64,000 bases of DNA from Octopus sinensis (taxonomy: Eukaryota). Every line of letters begins with the position of its first letter. Positions within the stretch are counted from its first letter, which is position 1. Below, piece after piece: positions 1 through 12,782 of the stretch. The translations under genes were made by a program, and so were the position numbers. The notes below the pieces were generated by a model that had not been told where the DNA came from, did not search any database, and was given only the letters and a program-made list of their open reading frames with translations. The stretch lies in assembly GCF_006345805.1 (NCBI RefSeq), contig NC_042999.1, positions 113,212,001-113,276,000 of the forward strand. Reading direction: 5' to 3'.

Positions 1-1578
1 CACTAATGTTTCAGCTTCTCTTTTTGCGACAACCTGACATACTTCATATCTTTATTTCTTCGAAACAACAATAACAGCATGAATTTTATCATATATTCTC
101 TTGTTTGTACCATTTAAGTTCCTCACATAACCAAGCAACTATTCGAACTCAAACTCTCAAATAATACCTGATACGGAAATCACCATGCGATTATAATATG
201 ACATTTAAAACGAGCTGGAATTGTTTTCTATTGCAAAGAAACTGCTTTAATTTGAAGAAAGAAAATTCTAATAATTGCAGTAAATTGAATTCCACCACGT
301 ATTTTTCATTAATTGTATTTATTAATTTATTTATTTTGTTTTTTTTTAGAAACAAATTGCATATAAAATAATAAACACAAACGGACGCAAAACACAACTT
401 TATTTTACTTGCTCAAATTAAATCATTTTAATTAATTTGTTTCCTGTAAAAGAAATCAAGTTTATTAAGTATGTCTATGGATTCATTTTATTCAGGTATT
501 CTTTGGATATTTTTCATTTAAAAGCGCAAAGATGTGTTGCTAAAAATTGAAGTAAACTGTAGACCTCAGAAATTTACTCCACTTCTCAAAATAAATATCA
601 TAGATATCCGCCTACATTTAATAATGGTTTCGAATTTTGGCACAAAGCCAGGCGCCTACCATTAACAATAAATAGAATTATGCTGCAAATTGAAATTTTA
701 CTGCGTTTCACGATCAGTCATTATTAAAAAAAATATTATCTCAGAGAAGCATATATAAATGACTCCCGATTTCCTGTTTGATTCGCTCTAAAAACATATT
801 GCCTATCTAATTCTCATTAAATATCTTCATTCAGCTCTTTTTTTTTGTTCCCCAATATGAAAATCATCATTCACTTGTACAAGAGTACATACAAATGCGG
901 CAACATATATTCTATTTGAATCTGACCAACTTAATCAGGTGAAATTTCTCTCACTGACTTCTTTTAAACATGTTTTAATTACTCATCACCATGATATCTA
1001 TCACTATTTCTTGTCCTCAAAAATTTAGATTTAATATACAGATTGTATATACGGCCTACTTTTATCGCTACGGCTCAATTTTTACATACCAAATAACGCA
1101 TTTTAAAAACATATCTATTCCCATTAGATAGATTTTAATTCCTTTAACTCTCTTCTCTCCGATGCTTTTAGTGAGTTTCTTGTAAGCTTTTCACAGTTCC
1201 CGTTACCCGCATTTATTGTAGCTTGTGACAAATGTTTTCTCTATAACCTTCATTTTTATTTAAGTTTTAAGTTTTATTCCTAAAACGATTCAAAATTATT
1301 ATTTTGAAAGCGCATCGAAGACTTTTCACGGTCTCCATCAAGTTTCCCAATATATTTTCCAAGTTGAGATTTGTTTTTATTTCCATTCGTTCATATCTTC
1401 AGTTGCACACTTTCTGTTTGTTTTCCTATTACCTCACCAAAACGTTGACAAACAAAAAATCTTAAATTAACGTTTAAAAAATTTAAAGTTAGATGAATTA
1501 GTTTTCCGTTTACTTTTTGCTGTATTTTACTGGTGTCTGTTCCGGTAACATTTCGCAAGACTTTCTCAAATGACAGCG

Positions 1579-2613
1579 CATACATACATACATACATACA
1601 TACATACATACATACATACATACATACATACATACATACATACAAACATACATACATACATACATACATACATACATACATACATACATACATACATACA
1701 TACATACATGCATACAATCATACATACATACTTACATACACTGCCTAAATACCAATCTTAAGAAATTAGGCTTCTCAAAACCTGAAAGGAGAAAGCTGAT
1801 TCGAAGACTACAGGTCCATGCCACCACTAGAACTGTAAAAATTTGTAAAACTTTCCAGAAGTTTATCATTTAAGTATATATGAGCATGTCTAGATATGCA
1901 AGTATATGCATGAGATGACATATATAAAACAAAATATACAAATCCGCACACATACATACATACATACATACATACATACATACATACATACATACATAAT
2001 ACATACATACATACATGCATGCACGCATACATACATACATACATACATACATACATACATACATACATACATACAAAAATACCTTATAGTTGATGTTGAA
2101 ATTCCAATGAAGGAGCCTTGAGTCTAAGTTTCTCTGTTGGCAAGAAATTTTGAAATAAAACTGAATAATGACGTACATACGTACATACATACTTACATAC
2201 GTACGTGAATGCAAACATACGTACATACATACATACATACATGCATACATACATACATAATACATACATACATGCATACATTCATACATATATACGCGGG
2301 TGTGCTGAAAAGTTTCTGGCTTTAAGGACATCACAACAGGCTTGGTTGGAGGTTCAACCTTGCGCCTTTTTTTACAAGGCTTTCAGAAGCTGAAGGACCG
2401 CTGCTACGAGTGTGTGAATCCGAGAGGGGAATATGTTGAATAAAATCATAATAAACTGATCCTCCTGTATTTTCTTTTACTCGAAGCCAGGACCCTTTCA
2501 GTACCCCATCGTACATATATGCATGAATGCATGCATGCATGTACATACATACATGCATACATACATACATACATACATACATACATACATACATACATAC
2601 ATACATACATACA
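1579..2613. repeat. (TACA)n microsatellite tracts (about 1579-1738, 1951-2074, 2174-2293, 2514-2613)
   Basis: Directly visible tandem TACA units; they explain the MYVC/HTYI ORFs in the track. Confidence 0.97.
2295..2511 (+). mobile_element. Mariner-derived internally deleted element (MITE-like, 217 bp)
   Basis: Imperfect 28-bp TIRs (2295-2322 vs 2484-2511, 21/28 by eye) with TA on both sides. The interior encodes QGFQKLKDRCYECVNPRGEYVE*, resembling the mariner transposase C-terminus (GIxKLxxRWxKCVxxxGxYVE*). Confidence 0.75.
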
Positions 2614-3015
2614 AATATCACGTGTTTATCCATTACAACACAATCTTACATAGTTTTCTTGAATTAAAATATCAAAGCATGAGCAATACATTTCATGTTG
2701 TCATAGAAACGTAAAATCTGCATTCACACATCTTTTTCTTTGCTCAGGTACCTATACATAAATTACTTGACCTTCCTGTTTTCATTTACATTATTGCCTA
2801 TGAACATATGAAATGGGTTGAGCAAGGTCGAGGGGTGATATGGCAATAATAAATTTATGTAGTTCGTTGCTTCGCATTCATAGGTTCGCATCAATAATGA
2901 TTGAATCTATATCTAATGACTGGTTTAGCTAATCAATTATATTCGATATAATATGATAATTATTTCTAAAATTGTAACAGGGACAGAAATTTAGAGGAGG
3001 AAGTTTGCAGATTTA

Positions 3016-3526
3016 CCGTAAATCCTGGTGTATAATCCGCATTTTGTCCCCAAAATTTAAAGATCAGAATACCTAGTGCGTATTATATACGAGGTTAAAA
3101 ATGAAAATTATTTTCTAAGCAATGTCCGAGTCTTTATTTGCTGTCTGGCAATGATTATTCCGACGCATTTTGTGATGTAGGGCGCGAAAATACCTTAAGC
3201 TAAGCCTGAAAGCAATAAAGTCATAAAAGAATCATCCATAACTTGCAGTAAACAACATTTATTAAACGTTATTACTATTATTACTGTTATTTCTCTATTT
3301 TCTGCAAACAAAATGCACAAAAAAGCTACACGTTTGCATTATGTTATATATAAAGGACGTTACCGTATACAGTTTTACAAACCAAGGACGTTATATAGAC
3401 CTCCTTGACTCAAGTTAGAGAAGGGGTGCGTTTTATACACAATGTTTAGGTTTTTTCAGAGGTACATCCCCCTAAAAATCCCCTGCGTATTATACTCAAG
3501 GGCGGACTATACTCGAGGATTTACGG
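3016..3526. mobile_element. Tc1/mariner-superfamily (pogo/Tc2-like) MITE, copy 1, 511 bp
   Basis: 25-bp TIRs CCGTAAATCCT.G.GTATA.TCCGC (22/25), TA at 3014-3015 and 3527-3528, and a second full copy at 35965-36477. Confidence 0.85.
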
Positions 3527-3544
3527 TAATCAACCGTAGTAATT

Positions 3545-4613
3545 GAAGAGTACTATATTTTATTAACCACAGAACGCTAAAATAACGTTCAACTTAGCGA
3601 GATTAGAACTCATTATATAAAGAGCCGAACAAACACTTCCAGGAATTTTGTTTTTCCGACGCTCAAATGATTCAGCCAGCTCGCCGCAGTTGATGCTTGA
3701 TTTAGACGAAAGTCCTACTATTTTAAGGAGCCGCGTTAATCGATACTGTCTGCTTCAGTATTTGACCAGTGTTTTATTTCATTGGCCTCAAAAGGATGAA
3801 AGACAAAGATAAATAATCTGAGAGGAATTTGAACTTGGAATGTAAAGAACACGAGCAAATACCACAAGGGAACAGTTTTTATGAGAGGAGGCAAGTCGAG
3901 TACGTCGACCCCAGTGCTCAGTTGGTACGTGTTTTATCGACTCCTAAAGGATAAAAGACACAATCGACATTGGCACCATTTGAACTCAGAACACAAAGAA
4001 TCGAAAGAAATGCTGCTATGCATTTTGCTCAACACGCTAACGAATCTGCCAGCCGGTCGCCTTCTGGCTTAGACACAAGGCCAGCAGTTTTGAGTAGAGG
4101 GGAAACAGTCGATACCAACGATTTTAGTATTTGACTGGTACTTTTGTTTTATCGACTTCAAAAGAATGAAAGGCGAAGCTAACCATGGTCCAAATAAAAA
4201 AAAAAATATATTGTTTCAAAAGACCTGCAATTTGTGAAGGGAAGGGATTATTCGATGCTTGACTGTTACTTTATTTTATCGACTCTGAAAAGATGAAAAG
4301 TTAAGTTGGCTTCGGTGGTGAAGACGATGACGACGACGACGACGATCATGATGATGATGATGATGATATTCATGATAATGATAATTGTTTCAAATTTTGG
4401 TACAAGGTAAATTTAGTGGGAAGGGTCTTATCCGAATACATGAATCCCAGTGCTAGACTGGTACTTATTTAATCACCCTCCTCCACCCAAAAGATTAAAG
4501 ACAAAGACGACCTCGGCAGAATTTGAACTCAGATCGTAAAGAGCTGGAGAGCTGGAAGAGATACTGCTACGCATTTTTTCTGACGTGCTAATGATCCTGT
4601 CAGCTCGTCACCC
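3545..4613 (-). mobile_element. Cluster of about 6 partial or complete SINE-1 copies
   Basis: Repeated matches to the SINE-1 motifs (ACTGGTACTT..TTTATCGAC, GATGAAAGGC, GAATTTGAACTCAG) at about 3545-3689, 3735-3860, 3864-4062, 4074-4190, 4205-4320 and 4385-4613. Confidence 0.75.
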
Positions 4614-4615
4614 TA

Positions 4616-4639
4616 ATGATGATGGTGATGATGATGATT

Positions 4640-4698
<59 letters not shown>

Positions 4699-4718
4699 AA
4701 TGATGATGATGATGATAT
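4616..4718. repeat. (GAT)n trinucleotide repeat
   Basis: Direct inspection; source of the poly-M ORF 4616-4870. Confidence 0.97.
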
Positions 4719-5686
4719 GTCTTTACTGCTTTTGTTACTTCTTTTATGTTATAGTTTGTAATAATCTGAATGTTCATCTCTTATTTTTTCATCGCACCGA
4801 TTTCCTGACAACCTGGGAGACGCCTGTGAGAAGCCAGGAGAAGCTCCATTTTCGATATCAAAAACTATGAAGGGAAGTCATCAAGGGAATTACAATGCCA
4901 ATATGATTATTTACAAGATCTGCGCAATGCATACTATAATACATTATACAGGAGTGATTCAGTCATCAGTAGCTATGTATAGCTAAGTTAATTTTCAATA
5001 TCTCCAGTTTACTTACGCATTCTGTCTGAGATTCAGGTAAATAGATTTTGTTTATCTTGCTGCTCAAAACAGTTATATACTGTGTGTAGTATCATCGAAA
5101 ACATTCTGTTGAAATCAACAAAACCTTCCATTATGCATTGCGTTTAGAGACTATATCCCAACTCAAGCGAGCAATACATAGTTGCTCTAGCTGTAAGATA
5201 TCTTGCCGTCTTAAGTAAAAGGAAAAATATGTTGAATAACAAATATTGCCTTGGTTACAAACAGACACTATGCCTGAAGAAAAACTGAGTCATGTCTTAG
5301 AATATTTTTAGCCAAAATTTTGTTTTATCAAAAAATAAAAAGGGTGACCTTTTGTGAATAACCACACTGAACTTTCTTCAGTGTCGACTCCATTTTAACT
5401 GAAGTAGAACCAACTCTTTCCCTCACTGTGGCCTCATTTCAGCTTCCTTTCCTCTCATTTCCAAGAAGTTACGTACTCATTATGGAACTCTGTTAATAAA
5501 TGGGCTTTTATATCTAAAGAATTTACAAAACTTCAAATATCGTAACATTAATTCTTACTTAAATAAATTCCTACCTCATAGGCAAACCAACTTAATCTAT
5601 AATGTACCATAGAACATATATATATTAGCCACTACACACATTTTTCTCTCTCCTTGTTTCCCTCCTTGTTTTTTCTGTGTCCCTTT

Positions 5687-5713
5687 CTGTAGAAGAGCGT
5701 AGGCTCGAAACGT
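5687..5713 (+). ncRNA. Hammerhead-ribozyme-like motif with variant core, probably PLE-derived
   Basis: CTGTAGA-a-GAGC(gtag)GCTC-GAAA-CGTA: perfect 4-bp stem II, GAAA, palindromic ACGT and a GTA triplet, but A6>T in the CUGANGA core. Confidence 0.4.
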
Positions 5714-6044
5714 AAAATACTTTTTCTATTTCTGAGCATTATACTAATACATCTGTTTGTTTTGTACACCACCTGTCTTCGTCTTTTGTTTTTTTTTTCG
5801 TAAACTCTCCCTATATATATATATATATATATATATAAATTTATTAGCCTACACTGATTATATTATGACGACTATAAACAATTCGTTTCGACTCTCGTTG
5901 GAATCTTTGTCAGCAACTGAGTACCCATTTTAACTATCCATAAACATGCTGTTTATAGACCCACTAATATTATTGACTAAAATAAAGTGGATAGACCAAT
6001 TTGCACATTTAACACCTTTCTTGGTAGCTGGAAGAAACATAGTA

Positions 6045-6235
6045 TTGGTTTCAAATACTATGTATTGGCACACGTCGATTATATCGACCCCAGTGCTCAA
6101 ATGGTACTTATTTTATCGATCCTGAAGAAATGAAAGGAAGAGTCGGCGGTGAAATTTGAACCCAGAGCGTAAAAATGGACGATATACCGCTATGAATTTT
6201 GACGGGAGTGTTAACAATTCTGTCAGCTCACCGCA
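6045..6235 (-). mobile_element. SINE-1 (tRNA-derived), internally deleted
   Basis: Matches the 21557 and 50971 copies; AACATA(G/A)TATT on both flanks is a possible degenerate TSD. Confidence 0.8.
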
Positions 6236-6667
6236 TTAAGGGTTGAACATAATATTATTGATGTGTTAATCAGTATTTCGTTTCATTGCTCTATTATATA
6301 CTATAATACATATCTTTAGGTTTTTAGCCGACGCTGTATCTTACAGTGATTGTAGGCAATTTGTCTATATAAACAGACGCGGACAGAAAAAGAAAGGACA
6401 GGTGTACGTACGTTCGACTTTTATTGGAATCTTCGTGAAATCTTATCTTGTTGTTGACTCTTTTCCTCTTTTACTATCACTACATTTTCTCGGAAATTAT
6501 TAGCTTAATGACATAAATAAACTTCCTTCTGACAAATCTTCAGTCTTCTTTGTCTCACACTTGTAATGTGCCCAAACTAAAAATAAATAAGAAAAAATTA
6601 ACCGAGCAGCAGAACTACAAGCACATTACTAACTTAGAAATATCATCACCATCAAACTCGATAACAT

Positions 6668-6862
6668 TACATACATACAAACATACATACATACATACAT
6701 ACATACATACATACATACATACATACATACATACATACACAAACACACACATACATACATACATACATGTATCACACATACATACGCATAAACATACATG
6801 CATATATATATATTTATACACACATATATACATACATATATTTACATATATATATGTACACA

Positions 6863-6931
<69 letters not shown>

Positions 6932-7935
6932 TTGTATATGAAGACATGTATGAATGTGTATATATGTATTCATGCACAAACATGCACACATACACACGCA
7001 TACACACATATCAATAATGAACGAATAAATATTTAGCAATATATTCAAATGTTTACTATTATAAATAACCATAAGAAAACGTGTTGTAAAGATAAATATT
7101 TAAAAGTAATATTAGTGAGCGACCATTAGAAACTAGATGATATATTTGAATTTTTGAATGACGAAGTATAAGTAGAAAGAAGGAAGAAAGAGAAAAAGTA
7201 AATTGATTAAGCAAGAATACTAGCAAGTTGTAAAACATAAAATGCTGTTTCTCTTATATAAACTGAGCAAAATTTATTTAAATCTGGAAAGTCACATTAC
7301 AGTCATGATATATATTCAAACTGACATATAAGTTAAGTTAGCATATTGTTGAAGTTTCGAGAAAAGAGATCGCACACGCACACGTACATATGTATGTGTG
7401 TATGTATGTAATGTATGTATGTATGTATGTATGTATGTATGTATGTATGTATGTATGTATGTATGTATGTATGTACTTGTGTAAGTGTATAGATGTATGT
7501 ATCCAGAAAGAGAGAAGGAAAAAAGGTGGAGGGGAGGGAGAGACGATGGTTAAAGAAACCAAAATTATTCTTAGAATAAAACAAGAAGTAAGAAAACCAA
7601 AAAAACCCCCCAAAAAACCAGAAAGATTTGGATGTCTTTAATTCTTGCACAGAAGCTAGGTTACTTTCAGAAAGTTTGTGAAGATGGATGAGATTATTGT
7701 ACACTTGGTTTCGAAACTCAATCGTGTAGATTGCATAAGAAATACATATTCCTGAAATTATTTTCAATAAAAATGATCTTATACTGCTTTTATTCTCTTG
7801 CACACAAAATCTATAACCAAGACGACAGTAAGATAACTGGTATTCCGAGTTAATAATTGTACTTACAAGACTAAGAAATAGAAACAGCGAGAACATACAT
7901 ACATAAATACATACATACATACATGCACACACACA

Positions 7936-7974
<39 letters not shown>

Positions 7975-8336
7975 ACATACATACATACATACACACATAC
8001 ATACATACATACATACATACATACATACATGCACACACATTCATACATACATCAAAATTCCTCTTCAAGCAATGTCATATTTGTACACACTGAAGAAATT
8101 GTACTAACAATGCATAAATCGCTGCATGTACGTATGTAACAATATTCAATTAGTACGATCGAAATACGTGTCGGACAATTATTATGAACAAGCTAACTGG
8201 ACATAAGAGTAAAGATTGAATGTTCAAATTCTTCATTCCCTTTATTATCAATATTGTACTTTAAGTTGCCAAGAAATAAACAGTAACTTCGGATGGGAGA
8301 AATTCTGTATCTGCTTTGATATTATATCCCCCCTCT

Positions 8337-8374
<38 letters not shown>

Positions 8375-8500
8375 ACAATTGAGGGTAAAACTAATTAGTT
8401 ATTAATCAATTTCACCAAAGTAGTGTTTAGTATGTAAAAGGACCATTTAAGGCGAATTCAAAATATTACATTATATAATTTTTACATTATATAATTATAT

Positions 8501-8558
<58 letters not shown>

Positions 8559-8570
8559 TATATATGTATT
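6668..8570. repeat. Compound microsatellites (TACA)n/(CA)n/(TA)n/(TATG)n at about 6668-6930, 7385-7500, 7893-8050, 8340-8570
   Basis: Direct inspection. Confidence 0.95.
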
Positions 8571-8969
8571 TATGTATATAAAATAATAGGTATGAATAAA
8601 GTATCCAGGCGGGTACTGTACAGGCACTAAAATTTAATCCAGGTTATGACTAGCCATTTCGAGTTGTAAGGAGCACCTAGGATTATTCAAGGTAAGTAAT
8701 CTCAAAGTATTTCATCCGATGGGTAAATCCCAGGCTCTCTGGATAATAAATATTTTCTTCAAGGCAATTACAATGAATATGGAGATTAGTACATCTGCAT
8801 ATGTTTTATTTGAATTTAAATTGAATATGCTGTATAATTGACTGTAGAAAAAAATGCAGTTGTACTTAACTCCATGTTCATTGTGCTTTACTCACACATA
8901 CACAGACACACAAACACACAGGCATACAAACACACACACACACAAGTGTATATATATGTGTGTGTGTGT

Positions 8970-9095
8970 GTAGAGGCGCAGACATGGCTGTACGGTAAGA
9001 TGTTGGCTCCGAGTTGTGTGGGATCTTGGGCAAGTGTCTTCAACCAAAGCTTGTGAGTGGAACTGGTAGACGGAAACTGTCAGAAGCCCGTTGTA
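8970..9095 (+). mobile_element. SINE-2 5' half, internally deleted
   Basis: GGCGCAG..TGGCTGT..GGTAAG head, CTTGGGCAAGTGTCTT and GGTAGACGGAAACTG..AGAAGCCCG match the 47811-47967 copy. Confidence 0.75.
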
Positions 9096-9160
9096 TACAC
9101 ACGCGCACACACACACACAAACACATATGCGCACGCGCACACATGCATTATCTAGCCTTA

Positions 9161-9375
9161 TCTTTTACTTGTTTCAGTCATTGGACTGCGGCCATCCTGG
9201 GGCAGCTCTTCGAATGGTTTTAGTCGAACGAATCGATCCCAGTGCTCACTTTTTAAGACTTGGTACTTAATTACTTATTCTAATGGTTCTTTTACCGAAC
9301 CACTAAGATTCGGGTACATAAGCAAACCAGTACCGGTTATCAAACGGTAGTGGGGGACAAACACAGACACAGACA
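9161..9375 (-). mobile_element. SINE-2 3' half
   Basis: On the minus strand it reads TGTCCCCC...AAGTACC...ACTGGGATCGATT...TGCCCCAGGATGGCCGCAGTCCAATGACTGAAACAAGTAAAAGA; homologous to 26362-26615. Confidence 0.8.
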
Positions 9376-9741
9376 GACACACACACATGTATAATGGAAT
9401 ATAAGTATAAACATGAAAGCAGCTGGTATCAAGTTGGATAATGACGTTTATATATTTAGATCTCTTGCAACCTAATCTCCAGTAACATTCAATTCTATTC
9501 TCATGTTGTGTTAGTCTTTAGATATTTAAATGTCATAATCTGACCTGATACCAGTTGTTTACCTCTTCATACCTCTTTATACATTTATTCGGTTATGCAC
9601 GTACTTTGCCTATTGTAAATTTTCATTAGGCAGCTATAATATCCATGCTTTTTTTTAGTTGCATTTCAAGTTGGAATATAGACAGCAAGTCAACCTGAGC
9701 ACTAATTGTACGTACCTATGGCCTTACGTCATCAGACATAA

Positions 9742-9956
9742 TATTGGTTTTAAATTTTCGCACAAGGCCAACAATTTCGTGGGAAGAGAAATATTTGATT
9801 ATATCGACTCCGGTATTCAGCTGGTACTTATTTTCTTGACTGAAAAGACGAAAGGCAAAGTCCGCCTCGGCAGAATTTCAACTCAGAACGTAGAAACGGA
9901 CGAAATGCCGCAAAGCATTTTATCCGGCGTGCTAACAATTCTGTCAGCTCACTGCC
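9742..9956 (-). mobile_element. SINE-1, near full length
   Basis: Full motif set; flanks TCATCAGACATAATATT / TCATCCGACGTAATATT (15/17) look like a TSD. Confidence 0.85.
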
Positions 9957-10047
9957 TTTTCATCCGACGTAATATTATACATACATATTAAGATACATAC
10001 ATACATATATACACACACACATACACACACACACAAACACACACACA

Positions 10048-10107
<60 letters not shown>

Positions 10108-10129
10108 GATAGATAGATAGATATACATT

Positions 10130-10544
10130 TCAGTATGAATACTGCTTTCATCTCTTATAGAGATTTTCTTGACTAGCTAGTTTGCTTGTTGAAAGATCAG
10201 TAACTACATGTCACTTATTTTTCTATATATTGCGAGCTGGAGTGAACTACTCGTATGTCTAGCGGACGAGTATCATTCACTGAAGATGATCATAAGAAAG
10301 TCGAAACCGTACAGTATGGTGGTGTCGGGGCTAAAATAGTAGGGAATTCTCTCCTCGCTTGCAAATCATATTGAGTACAGAGTGCACTGCATAACGAGCT
10401 GGAGGAGGTGTTCCCCTAAGGATGAAATAGAAATATCGTTGGTTCCTGGGGAACAGCTGTCTTTGGGTGACGTTAAACACTACCTGTCAGTATGAATATT
10501 GCTTTCATCCCTTATAGAGAGTGTCTTGACAAGCTAGTTTGCTT
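10130..10544 (+). mobile_element. 357-bp unit with 58-bp terminal direct repeats and a degenerate hammerhead-like core (PLE pLTR or retrozyme-like)
   Basis: Direct repeats 10130-10187 and 10487-10544 (53/58); CTGAAGA at 10280-10286 and GAAA at 10303-10306. Confidence 0.45.
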
Positions 10545-11417
10545 ATACATATACTAGAATTGAAAAAGGCATGCGCTCAAAAGGGTTACAGAATGTAATA
10601 ATCCTCAAAAAATGTAATAATAATACAGAATGTAATAATCCTTAAAAAATATGGGGCTAGCATTGTTGATCAAAAATACTGGAATCCCTATATGCTATAC
10701 ATTCTGTGGCATCTTAAAACGAAAAGAGACTCATGTGTGAATTACGATGTCACGATAATTATTAAACCGAGTTCTTAATATAAAAATTTGAAAATGTACA
10801 AAATATGACCTTTAACTTCGAATGAGTAAATTCATTATAATACTCTTTATACCAAAGAATATAAAAACATATTTCACACTGCATGCAAATTGCCATGACA
10901 ATAAGAAAAAAAAACTGGATTTATGATGAAGTCGAATCTATATAACAGTGAAAGTACTTATAAAAGTAAAGATAATTCGCATTATGATATACATAGTAAT
11001 GGAATAGTTATGCGAATCAAACAAATTATTACTAAATTATAATAAATTTATAAAAAATATCATTCATAGGTTGAATTATTGCATAAAGATGACATTAGTA
11101 TTTGTACACACTTGTTTAGTTAAAATTTAGTGTACGATAATTCAACTGGATTAATTTTTAATGTAACTTAATTTCGATGAATTAAACAAATTTCTTGTGA
11201 TAAAAGGACGCCACAGGATGTACAACATATAGTGATTCCAGTACTTTTGAGCAACAATGCTAGTCCCATACTTTTCAAGGTTTATTATGACATTCTGTAA
11301 CCCTTTTGAGAGGGCGCATTTTCCAATTCTAGTTTCGAGCTTTTTAAAGCAACGCTTGTAATATCATATATATGTACTGTATTTCTCCTAATGTTGTGGC
11401 AGCTACTGATTATACGT

Positions 11418-11454
<37 letters not shown>

Positions 11455-11723
11455 TGAGCGTGCGTGCTGGTTCTTGTGTGTCTGAGTGTGTGTGTATGTG
11501 CGTGCATGCTTGTTCTTGTGAGTGTGAGTCTGTTAGTGTGTGTGTGTGTGCGTGCTTGTTCTTGTGTGTGTGTGTGTATTCGCGAGTGTGTTCTTGCATA
11601 ATCCCACAGATCTTGCTTAATTTAGCTTTAAAATTAATAGAAATCAATGTCATTTATATTTCATTCTTTCGCATTTACTTTAATCAATAGTAATTGTTAA
11701 TTTACATTTCTTCTTTTTCTCCC

Positions 11724-11834
11724 TGCATGTTGCAACATTTCGGCTCTTTGATGCATGTTGCAATATTTCGGCTCTTTAATGCATGTTGCAATATTTCGGT
11801 TCTTTGATGCATGTTGCAATATTTCGGCTCTTTG
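11724..11834. repeat. 28-bp minisatellite, about 4 copies
   Basis: TGCATGTTGCAA(C/T)ATTTCGG(C/T)TCTTT(G/A)A starting at 11724, 11752, 11780 and 11808. Confidence 0.95.
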
Positions 11835-12317
11835 GTGGTTAAAAAACCCCCACATGGACTATTAAAAGTAATACGGATTTTCGACGTTGATTTCGTATTC
11901 TTCTTAGTAATTTATGCATTTTACATACACAAATGAAGCAGGTAAGAACAAATATGCAAGGGTTTTCTCAAGTTTAAAATGTATCATTGTTTTTGTTATA
12001 TCTACATTCCACACACATAAATTCATAAAAACAGAACACGCTCGCACACACACACACACACGTACACGTACACCAATTAGCTCCCTCTTACACTTCGATA
12101 CGTCAAACAGAACAAGCATGCATGAAGACAGCTCCATACCAAACTATCGCTCATTGGTTGATAATGATTGAAAACTAACCAATAAAACGCAATTACTACA
12201 TAAACGGCCACGGCCCCCCATAGACTTTTATTCGCAAGCTAAGAATATATTGTCAGACACGCAGTAGACTCGACTATAACATTCTGTTGTCGGTCACTTC
12301 GTGCCTAACAGATAAAA

Positions 12318-12437
12318 GTGCTCACAAGGCTTTTGTTGACACGGGGCTATAATAGAATACACTTGCCCAAGGCTCCATATTGTGGGGCAGAACCTGGAAG
12401 CATACAGTTAGAAAAGCTTCTTATCTCACAAGCATGA
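12318..12437 (-). mobile_element. SINE-2 5' half, diverged
   Basis: CTCACAAGGCTTT...GCTATAATAGAATACACTTGCCCAAGG matches the reverse complement of the SINE-2 head. Confidence 0.65.
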
Positions 12438-12782
12438 ATCAGTATTTACTCAGATTGTTCTGGATTCCTTTAAATATAAACGTACACAAATTTGAATATA
12501 AAACAAATAAAAAACAAACAAACAAGCACACTTCTTAAAAACATAATATTAATATAGAAGCAGCAGTTTCTTTTATTCAAATAGGTTCTATCTCTTACAC
12601 ATCTGACCTCTAAAATCTATATTCACCAAAATTCAAAAGAAATTCACAAAACATCTTTTAAAAAAAAATCTAATCATTTTAGAAATAAAATAACATTCAA
12701 AGCGTATTTTATTTGCTCTTCTGCATAGTCATCGCCGTCGTCGTTGTTTTCATCATCATCACCATCATCAAAAGAAGGAATA

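Noticed and set aside
8600-8760. Possible exon ending at CAAG|GTAAGT (8691) and a minus-strand CGGATGA...GAAATGGCTAGTC hammerhead-like pattern
   Set aside because: The 49-nt candidate exon has stops in all three frames; the ribozyme core is mutated and stem I does not pair.
11724-11834. CRISPR-like 28-bp repeat
   Set aside because: Units are contiguous with no spacers, no cas genes are present and the context is eukaryotic.
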